DNA from: Macrostomum lignano
Lineage: Eukaryota
Direction: 5' to 3'
Assembly (NCBI GenBank): GCA_002269645.1
Contig: NIVC01001764.1
Span: 1 to 64,000 of the forward strand
Length of the DNA: 64,000 bases
Each line of letters starts with the position of its first letter. The first letter of the stretch is position 1. A program made the translations under genes and the position numbers. Positions 37,871-47,774 of this stretch are shown in pieces. The notes below the pieces were generated by a model, which had not been told where the DNA came from, ran no database searches, and worked only from the letters and a program-made list of their open reading frames with translations.

Positions 37871-38639
37871 ACAATTTGCATATAGCTACGATTTCAAACT
37901 TCTAAAACTTTTTTTCTTTGTAAAACATTGAGGTCAAAAAGTCTTTGATAAAGGATTTGAATGTAAGAGAGGCGGTGAGAGAGGTAGAGAGAGTGGTAGA
38001 TAAAGTAGTCCAACATGGGAGAGATTGCTCAGTGGCTCTGGTCTGCTCACAGCAGTTCGGTTTTCAGCTAATTTTGAGCACAGATAAATAACTGACTCAA
38101 TTGTGACTGCTTAGCCAGAGGTGAGCTTTGGCTACAGTCAGGGGTCAGTATGATAAGAACCATTTCGAATAGAGAGAGAAGTTTCGCTTGAAGCATTGAC
38201 TTTTATTTTCGATTAGATAGCAGCTTTAAGGCTCATAGCAGCATGCGAGTAACTTGGGGGTTGGGGAACCGCAAACTGCAGTGGCACCCCGCTGTGCTGC
38301 GTCACTGCTGGCCGCTTCTCTCGTCTTCCAGATAAGAAACTCGAGTTGGAATCGAAAGAGAAGTTCAAAGATAGGCACAAGGTCAGGTATGGGGCAATTC
38401 ACTGTAAATTATTTTGCACTTAGCAAGCTTGTGTTGGGGACTCAGCATAATCTTCACTCATCACTACAGCGCAGGAAGGTGCCGGGACAGCAGCTGCGCC
38501 GACAGCGGTGGCTCTGCAGAGAGGGTGGGGCTTGGATGGCTCAGCTCAAAATGCATTGAAACATTGCGCTCAGAATGATGGATGGTAACCAAGATTGACA
38601 GGAGCTCAGCTTTTGCCACATCTTCGATGCCTCAACAGG

Positions 38640-39050
38640 TGCCCCAACCAAGAGACAGGGGCGCCCACCAACAGACAGGGGCGCCCACCAACAGACAGGG
38701 GCGCCCACCAACAGACAGGGGCGCCCACCAACAGACAGGGGCGCCCACCAAGAGACAGGGGCGCCCACCAACAGACAGGGGCGCCCACCAAGAGACAGGG
38801 ACGCCCACCAAGAGACAGGGACGCCCACCAAGAGACAGGGGCGCCAACCAAGAGACAGAGGCGCCCACCAAGAGACAGGGGCGCCAACCAAGAGACAGGG
38901 GCGCCAACCAACAGACAGGGGCACCCACCAACAGACAGGGGCACCCACCAACAGAAAGGGGCCCCCACCAACAGACAGGGGCGCTTACCAAGAGACAGGG
39001 GCGCCCACCAAGAGACAGGGCGCCCACCAAGAGACAGAGGCGCCCACCAG
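38640..39050. repeat. 20-bp minisatellite (ACAGACAGGGGCGCCCACCA)
   Basis: Reverse complement of the array in UPB1 intron 6. Confidence 0.93.
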
Positions 39051-39976
39051 TGCCGCTCAAGCGCCGAGAATCACAGGATGCATGGCTTGTGCAGTTTCGA
39101 GCTGGTTCAGAAGTCACAAAAACCCTTTGAACTTTCCCAGGGACAAAATGGACCTCCCGATCCACTTGCAGGCTGCTGGCGTCCCAGCTGATTATTAGAT
39201 AATTAACTAATTAGCAGATGTACACGTGCAGTAAAACTGCATGAATGTCTCAAGTCATCAAAATAGCCTCGGGTGCTGCAGTCGTGGCGCACAACTCAGA
39301 GTTTAAATAAAATGCTCGTTTATCACTGACTACTGTTAGTAGGAAGGGGCGAGGCCTCACCTGCTGTCCGCAATTGTTTGAATACAAATTATTCATAAAA
39401 ATGTCACAACCACCGCTCTCTAGAGACCTTGTTGCGGGCTCTTCTACAGACCGATAGCAGACGGACATTTTTCCCAAATATTTTCAGCGCCAATATTATA
39501 AATACTAGCTATTGCTAGTGCCTCCCTTATTTAAATTAATGCCGAAAGTTTAGGAGGGGCGGGCGAAGGTCTCGGATATTATGCATGGAAGTGAATAAGC
39601 AAATAGCTGATAAATTGTTCCAAAGAGTCTGTCATATTTGCTAGAGTTGAGAGCTGAACCCACAGATCGCTATGAAATAAGCCAATCCAGACAAAAGGAA
39701 AGTAGAAAGGAAAAACCGAGCAACCTCGATCCAGTGGAAGCGCCGCCAAGGACCACTAAAAGTTATCGTTGTATCAGGACGCAACACTCGTACATATTGC
39801 AAAATTACGAGTATTTGAAGGCCTGCTTGTATGCATTGAAGCTCAACTTTAAATGCTCATAAATCTGGGCTGGTTAAACTTAGAGTGATAATTTTTCGCC
39901 AGGTTGTTCAATAGAACAAAGTAAAATATCAGCCAAGAAAATATATTTGTATTCTATAAGTAAACAGCGAAGAAAT

Positions 39977-40216
39977 GCTGGCGCCCCTCTAGTGTACATT
40001 ATGGCGCCCCTCTAGTGTACATTATGGCGCCCCTCTAGTGTATATTATGGCGCCCCTCTAGTGTATATTATGGCGCCCCTCTAGTGTATATTATGGCGCC
40101 CCTCTAGTGTATATTATGGCGCCCCTCTAGTGTATATTATGGCGCCCCTCTAGTGTATATTATGGCGCCCCTCTAGTGTATATTATGGCGCCCCTCTAGT
40201 GTATATTATGGCGCCC
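39977..40216. repeat. 23-bp minisatellite (GGCGCCCCTCTAGTGTATATTAT)
   Basis: About 10 copies. Confidence 0.93.
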
Positions 40217-40514
40217 CTTCTTCTCCCATCTGGCCTCAAACTGCTTTTTGTTCTTTTAAACGGTTATCCTCTCGCACCGCTACGCACCTCACCCCACTGT
40301 TGAGTTCCTGTTCAGTGTGTCTTGTTTCTGTACAATATTATAATCATATAATTACTATTGTATATCCCAGTTCTATAAATACATCAACCTTTAGCTGTTC
40401 ATCGCACGTCTCTTTTTGGCAATTTTGAGAAAAAAGAATTGCTACTAATGCACATTCAATTGGTAGTGTTGACTTTCGGCTTTCTGATTGATCTGTGCTT
40501 TTAATCAACTGCTG

Positions 40515-40870
40515 GATTGGGATTTGGGAGATGCTGATTGGGATTTGGTAGATGCTGATTGGGATTTGGGAGATGCTGATTGGGATTTGGGAGATGCTGA
40601 TTGGAATTTGGGAGATGCTGATTGGGATTTTGGAGATGCTGATTGGGATTTGGGAGATGCTGATTGGGATTTGGGAGATGCTGATTGGGAATTGGGAGAT
40701 GCTGATTGGGATTTGGGAGATGCTGATTGGGATTTGGGAGATGCTGATTGGGAATTTGGGAGATGCTGATTGGGATTTGGGAGATGCTGATTGGGATTTG
40801 GGAGATGCTGATTGGGATTTGGGAGATGCTGATTGGAATTTGGGAGACGCTGATTGGGATTTTGGAGATA
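40515..40870. repeat. 21-bp minisatellite (GGGATTTGGGAGATGCTGATT), copy in duplicated unit B
   Basis: Preceded (40217-40515) by a diverged copy of the 32470-32880 module. Confidence 0.95.
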
Positions 40871-41995
40871 GTGCAGAGCCTGTAGTGTTCATTCATTTTC
40901 TGCGTGGTTATACATTGGATATAAATTTCGTCAAATGTACGCTTTTATGTATAGGATAATATAGCGTTATAATTCTATTACTTCACTTACGCCAAACTGC
41001 ATGGATTTCAATGAGCAGGACGATTTGCAAAATTTCAATGCCATAGACAAATGCATACAGTATTGGAAAATTACTTAAGGCACACACAAGCTGATTAGCT
41101 GGAGCAGGCTTTAACCACTTTGAAACTCGTGCGATACATCGATCTTGACAAAATCGATTTGTCGTTCGACCAATTATTTTTGGATATGGAGCCAGCTCAA
41201 GATGCGACAAGAGTCAATAACGATAACATACCTACTAGACAGCTCGATAATAATACTGACGGCTGAAGATTTACAACGACACTTGGACGACATCTAAAGG
41301 CATCTCATTCCCAGGCTCGGCTTATGGCTGAGACTCCCCAGTGTTGGCACTATCCCTAGAATGGTTTTGTCTCTGGTTGTCTCCAGCTCTCTACAGATTG
41401 AAGTTCGCGTTGAACCTCTTGGATCGACAGGTCAGGATGCTGTACCACCTGCTGAGAAAAAATGTTCTGTCGACAAGGTGGAGATTGTCGGTGAGCTAGG
41501 GTTGTGGTGTTGTTCAAGTGACAGTAGTAAAAATTCGATGAACCTTGGTTGAAGCTAATTAATCAAACTGTTATTTGCTGTTATCTTGATTATTTGATAT
41601 TTTTACGAGCTATTAAATATGCTTGCCTTCCTGAAGACACGTTTCTTACGGACTAGTGCATCATATATGCCAACAAGCCCATTATCTATTTAATGGTCCT
41701 GACAGCAAGCCCATTTTCTAGATAATGGTCCAGTGATACTTGAGTGTGGCCATAGACAAGCCCATTCCCAAAAAAATAAGTGGACCATTGTGCGAGCTTT
41801 TCTGGCGTGAGTGGAGTTAACTGTTCAAGAAACGAAAACCAAGTCTGTTTTGATTTAGATTTAATGGCGGCAACAAAGAGGGAATTAACAGCTACTATAA
41901 CAAAGAGGGAATCAACAGCGGCTACAATATAGGGAAAAACAGTCGTGGGTTTGTTGCTACTACTTTTCTTTGAGTAGTTGCGGGTCCTGTGCTGT

Positions 41996-42769
41996 TTACG
42001 GGTCCTGTGTTTGGTGTGGGCCCTGTGCTGGGTGCAGTTGTTGCCGTTTGAAAAGCAGAGTAGCAAATTGCCTGTTTTCTTTCAGTATTTTGCGTTTTCC
42101 AAAATTAAGCCCAGGGTCAGTAAATTGGTGCTCATATCCTCCATCCAGCATTTTGCCAACAAATTCTCTGTCGGCGCCGAGACACTCATAGCCGTTCTGT
42201 GCCGCTACAGCCTTAGGGTTGCCGTAGCTTGTGACCCATTTTTCTTCGGTTGGTTTGTTTTTTGGTAGAGTTGGGTCAACACACAGCCCGATGAGCAGCA
42301 GCTCGCCAGGGTCTTGAACCTTCGCGGCGGCTGCCATTACTTTCTTTAGGAAAGCCTGCTGGTTCGAATATTTGCGCCCGTTCTCGTCCTTGTCCGCCCA
42401 CGGACACTGAAACCACAGGACGATGCGAGATGGCTTCTGATCGAGGAAAAGTTTCTCTAAAAAAACGTTTCTGGTTTCTCCCATCTTTGTAGCGTCAAGT
42501 CTCAGTCGCCTGGGCCAGCCGTCTTTGATTTCTTTTGAAACCGAAATGTCAGTAGCAACAATTTCGTCATAATTTGAGCCACGCAGTTTTGCAAACGCGG
42601 TGCTGAACGTAAAATTGCCCTCTCCGAGGAACACGAAGATTGTGCTGGGCTGCGGCAGTGGATCTAAACACAGTATGGTGTGACTGTACTCGACTTTATT
42701 GATAACTGTGCCTACATATTCAAATTTTTTCCATTGAAGCTCTTGGCCTTGATTCTGATCTTCTGCCAT
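41996..42769 (-). CDS. DUF2431/BMT5-like SAM-dependent methyltransferase-fold protein, copy B, intact, 257 aa (MAEDQNQ..), single coding exon
   Basis: Motifs VFLGEGNFTFSTAFA, IVATD, LRLDATKM, WFQCPW (at the FNFPH position), LLIGL and GYEH resemble the DUF2431 family. The start is set by a 5'UTR intron acceptor (42778) conserved with copy A. Confidence 0.75.
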   Translation of the reverse strand: MAEDQNQGQELQWKKFEYVGTVINKVEYSHTILCLDPLPQPSTIFVFLGEGNFTFSTAFAKLRGSNYDEIVATDISVSKEIKDGWPRRLRLDATKMGETRNVFLEKLFLDQKPSRIVLWFQCPWADKDENGRKYSNQQAFLKKVMAAAAKVQDPGELLLIGLCVDPTLPKNKPTEEKWVTSYGNPKAVAAQNGYECLGADREFVGKMLDGGYEHQFTDPGLNFGKRKILKENRQFATLLFKRQQLHPAQGPHQTQDP

Positions 42770-43444
42770 ATTCTGTCCTGTTGATAAGGAAATAATATAT
42801 AGCATTATTAGTGCTGTCCTAAAACTGGCTTTATCAAAACTAATATATACAGATTAAAACTCATGCATAGCTTGCATTATAAGTTCCCATCAGACCAGCA
42901 GCATTTAGTAAATAGAATGCTATTACCTGTTGCCAAGAACGATCGACAGTGCTTGAATAGAACTTACAAAACGCTTAAAAGTCACCCGAACTGTTTTAGC
43001 TTAAAGCTTCGGTGGAGAGAGATGAGAAATCTGTTTGGTTCCAGGCTATTAATACCCTACTAAGCTCGCACATGTTAGGGTGTGTGGCCCTTTCTCGGCC
43101 AGTCTGTCCGGCAAATCGTGCGGGTGCGTGTTGCCACCCCAGCTATTGAGGGGGGGGGGGCTGGCAGCTTGACTCTTTACTCCCCTCTCCTTCCCTGTTG
43201 CAGGCTGAAACACGGCGCAAACTCTCCTTTCCATCTCTAAAAAGGAAACATTAAAAAGACACGAGCGTACATATGTACGTTCTCGATTAGTCGGGCTTTT
43301 TTGAGGGACCACCACGGAAAAGCCATGGACAAGCCTTTACAAATTCTGTACATTTCCTTTGACTTATTGCTTGCTCTCGATTCTCTACATTGCTTATCAA
43401 GAATTTTAGTATTCCTTATACCCTGTCAGCTATTTACGAAGGGT

Positions 43445-44030
43445 AGGTGGAGCTGGAGAGGTGAGACTGAGAGAGGAGGTGGAGATGGAGAGGTGAGACT
43501 GAGAGAGGAGATGGAGATAGAGAGGTGAGACTGAGAGAGGAGTTGGAGATGGAGAGGTGAGACTGAGAGAGGAGATGGAGTTGGAGAGGTGAGACTGAGA
43601 GAGGAGGTGGAGATGGAGAGGTGAGACTGAGAGAGGAGGTGGAGTTGGAGAGGTGAGACTGAGAGAGGAGATGGAGATAGAGGTGAGACTGAGAGAGGAG
43701 GTGGAGATGGAGAGGTGAGACTGAGAGAGGAGGTGGAGATGGAGAGCTGAGACTGAGAGAGGAGATGGAGATGGAGAGCTGAGACTGAGAGAGGAGATGG
43801 AGATAGAGAGGTGAGACTGAGAGAGGAGATGGAGATAGAGAGGTGAGACTGAGAGAGGAGGTGGAGATGGAGAGCTGAGACTGAGAGAGGAGATGGAGAT
43901 GGAGAGCTGAGACTGAGAGAGGAGATGGAGATGGAGAGGTGAGATGAGAGAGTAGATGGAGATGGAGAGATGAGACTTACAGGGGAGGTAGAATAGAAAT
44001 GGAGAGGTGAGATGAGCGGCAGGTGCAAAT
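43445..44030. repeat. About 30-bp GA-rich minisatellite
   Basis: Direct inspection. Confidence 0.92.
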
Positions 44031-44545
44031 GGAGAATTGCATACGAAAGTGCATCCACATTATGCAGTTAGAGAACGGTCCATGTTTGGAGTCCCCAATC
44101 AACGTATTAAAATGCATCGCACGCCAAACTCTCGAAAACCATACGGGGCGGTGGGGTTAGAGCGGTTTAAGAGTTGCTGCGACAAGGGCTGGCTGTCTAG
44201 ACAAGTTCCAGCATGATGGCAGTGGTAGACAGTTGTCTACTAGGTAGATAATCGCTGCGGGAGGAATGCGGCAGCTGCATTAAACAGAGCTGGCCAGGGC
44301 TGAGCTGAGAGTTGCTGGCTGCGGCAGGGTGCGATCTAGACAAGTTCGAACAGGCCGGGCGGAGTTGCTGCGTGGGCAACATGCTAGGGCCTGGGTAGGC
44401 TGTTGGAGGGGTCTAAGGAATTGACAGATTCTTCTGGTTTTTTTCTCCGTTTGTGTTTTTTTCAGACTCGTTTGTCCCGCCTACCCAACCGGAATCTGTA
44501 ACTGGACCCGGTGAGTTATCTAGCCCCCATTACCCAGACAGACCC

Positions 44546-44710
44546 GGGGGCGCTTCATAAGATCTATATTTCACAACGCCTAAAGCACATGACTTCACAT
44601 CACCTGAATTTCATATCACCTAAATTTCACAACGCCTAAAACTGAATTTAAAGGAGAGAAGCAAAGATTTTAGGCGTTGTGAAATTTAGGTTTTTTGAAA
44701 AGCGTCCCCC
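44546..44710. mobile_element. 165-bp MITE-like foldback element
   Basis: 5' end GGGGGCGCTTCATAAGATCTATATTTCACAACGCCTAAA versus reverse complement of 3' end GGGGGACGCTTTTCAAAAAACCTAAATTTCACAACGCCTAAA. No clear TSD. Confidence 0.6.
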
Positions 44711-45349
44711 TCTAAGGGGGACTAATGTTTGACTGGAATTCCTCTTTGTGCTCTGTTACTTCTCTCTGCCTGCAATGTACTTTTTAGCCTTCTAATGGGG
44801 GTAACCTAGAGGATTAGAATCCCAATTTGTCACCCTCTACCCTTGACGTCTCGATAGCGCAATTGAATTAGTGTCATTAATTCCTCGCGACTGAGTTCAA
44901 TGTTTCGATATAATATACTAAAGTTGGTTTGCATTATACTCAAATATGTATCATATTGTACCTAATTTTATCAATTTACGCCTTACATTATTTGCATCTA
45001 CAGTGTATGTCTTATGCCTACATCTATATACGGCTGCATTATTTCTGAAATTATTACTTGAATCTACAATATTATGCGCCTACTACACTAATAAAGCGAT
45101 ATGTATCGAAAATATGCTTTGTAAGAGTATTATGTCTATATATGTTTCGTATTATGCATTATGCACCGATATGTACTTTGCCTACCGATATGTTTAATAT
45201 GCGTCAATATGTTTGTACAGCCTACAATGTGTGTGTTGTCTACTTTTTGTGTAAATATACGTAATTTAACCTACTATAAGTAGTTTTCACTAGTCTACTT
45301 TTGTTAATAACTAAAAAATCGATAACTTATTGAAAAAATCAATAAGTAC

Positions 45350-45460
45350 ATATCCGGGCGCCTGTAGCATACATATCGGGGCGCCTGTGGCTTACACATC
45401 GGGGCGCCTGTGGAATACATATCGGGGCGCCTGTGGCATACATTTCGGGGCGCCTGAACA
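45350..45460. repeat. About 21-bp repeat x5 (ATATCGGGGCGCCTGTGGCAT)
   Basis: Direct inspection. Confidence 0.8.
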
Positions 45461-45504
45461 CCCACCCCACCTCTAAAAACCGCCGTTACGGGGCCCTTAG
45501 TAGT

Positions 45505-46262
45505 GAAGGGGTGAGACTGATAGGGAGGTGGAGAGGTGAGACTGAGAGGGAGTTGGAGATGGAGAGGTGAGACTGAGAGAGGAGTTGGAGATGGAGAAGT
45601 GAGACTGAGAGGGAGTTGGAGATGGAGAAGTGAGACTGAGAGGGAGTTGGAGATGGAGAAGTGAGACTGAGAGAGGAGTTGGAGATGGAGAAGTGAGACT
45701 GAGAGGGAGTTGGAGATGGAGAGGTGAGAGTAAGAGGGGGGTGGAGATGGAGAAGTGAGAGTAAGAGGGGGTGGAGATAGAGAAGTGAGACTGAGAGAGG
45801 AGTTGGAGATGGAGAGGTGAGAGTAAGAGGGGGGTGGAGATGGAGAAGTGAGACTGAGAGAGGAGTTGGAGATGGAGAGGTGAGACTGAGAGGGAGTTGG
45901 AGATGGAGAGGTGAGAGTAAGAGGGGGTGGAGATGGAGAAGTGAGACTGAGAGGGAGTTGGAGATGGAGAGGTGAGACTGAGAGGGAGTTGGAGATGGAG
46001 AAGTGAGACTGAGAGAGGAGGTGGAGATGGAGAGGTGAGACTGAGAAGGGAGATGGAGAGGTGAGAATGAGAAGGGAGATGGAGAGGTGAGAATGAGAAG
46101 GGAGATGGAGAGGTGAGAATGAGAAGGGAGATGGAGAGGTGAGAATGAGAAGGGAGATGGAGAGGTGAGAATGAGAAGGGAGATGGAGAGGTGAGACTGA
46201 GAGGGGAGGTGGAGATGGAGAGGTGAGACTGAAAGGGAAGGTGGAGATGGAGAGGTGAGACT
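45505..46262. repeat. About 30-bp GA-rich minisatellite, third copy of the family
   Basis: Direct inspection. Confidence 0.92.
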
Positions 46263-46859
46263 GTAACAGCGTGGATCAATGATGTTAGCCCAGATAATTT
46301 TCACTGTATCAATTAAGGTGAGTACAATTTACTGTAGGTTAGGTCGGGCCTCTCTACCTAGTTAAGTAGTATCTGGGGAGGGTGAAAATTAAAAACTTTC
46401 TGCGTACAGGGTTGAAAATAGGTTAAAAAAACTTTCTACCAAAAAGCCACGGCAGTTGAGCAAGGTATAAACTGCCTGAGTTCCTTCAACTGGTAAGATT
46501 TCCCTTTAAATGTTGATTGTCAAGAAACAAATGTAGTTTATTCAGTTAAAGTTGTAAAATTAAAGTTGTAAAATTGTACAAGTTGTAAAATTAAAAAAAT
46601 TGAAGTAAATCGTGATTTTTTAAGACAATAGGACAATGATATATTTTAGTTTTTGTTGATTTGTATTTAAAAAATTTGATTTCCTAAAGCTGGAATACAG
46701 CTCTAAATTATAATAATAGTAAAAATAATAATTAATTAAGTCGCGTCAACTTGTTACTCGAGTGAATCCGTCAGCGTGCAGGTCTCGGCGTTTTACAGCG
46801 TTCACTATGTCCGCTTTTGCACTATTATCGCCATTCTTCTCTCTGTTGCGACCTGTGCG

Positions 46860-47110
46860 TCAGTGCACGTGGGCACTGACACCGCCTCGGCACCCTGCGC
46901 TGCCCAACGGACACGCCATCGCCGTGTGCGAGGACTTCCGGTACCTCGGTTCTCTTCGGCAACGTCGAGCTCGATCGGCGCCACTCCATCATCTCGGACA
47001 GGAGGAATCAGTTGGCCTGGCCAAGGGCGAACTGTGACGCTGACTGACTGTTTTGTGACTGACTTCCAGGCGCTCCAGACCACAGCCGCCTGTCCTCCCA
47101 CATGCGCAAG
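46860..47110 (+). mobile_element. Short remnant of a non-LTR retrotransposon (RTE-like) reverse transcriptase
   Basis: GC-rich island reading LPNGHAIAVCEDFRYLGS, the typical late RT motif (V..F.YLG) of LINEs. Confidence 0.6.
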
Positions 47111-47774
47111 AGCTCAGTGGTCTTTTGCGTGCGCCTCTTATCTATGTCATCTCTTCTCTCTCCTTTCCCCCTTATCTCTCCCCTCTCCATTTTCATCTTC
47201 TCTCCTCTATTCTATTGTCTTCTCTCTGATCTTCTGTCTTTTTTCATCCCATACCTCACCTCAGCTCCTCGTCTCATCTTCTCTCTCGCCTATCGCTTCT
47301 CTCTTAGCTCTCTTCTCTTCTCTTATCTTTTATACTTTCCTCTCTGATCATCCGACCATAAGCCATACGCTATAACATATTCTACTACAAATTTTTAGTG
47401 AATTCAACAGGCCTTCTAGTTTTTCTTCAATACGTAAATCTTTATTGGCTGCGTGCCTCAAAAGGGCCGTTTTGGTTTTTCCAATAATCAATACGTTAAA
47501 GTAGGGACCAAACAAAGTCAAAAAAGCACCAGATCTTTCGAATGACCTTTATTGTCATTACAATCGCCGATACTAAAATCCAGATTAACGATTGATTAAT
47601 TATACTGTTATATTTTACTGGTTAAGTGATTTGTTAGAAACAAAGATCATGATTTCTATCATATATAATTAATGCTTGAATACAAAAAATTCTAGCAAGC
47701 TTTTATATGTCGTTTATATAAACTGGCAACTTTAAGTAATTAATTGAATTTTAGCCAAAGCCAAATTGATCTTT

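Noticed and set aside
41000-41840. Gene in the extra sequence of duplicated unit B
   Set aside because: Only short ORFs with no recognisable motifs.
34972-42950. Bacterial contamination as the source of the DUF2431-like genes
   Set aside because: Conserved GT-AG 5'UTR intron and embedding among host repeat families shared with UPB1 introns; ancient horizontal transfer is not excluded.
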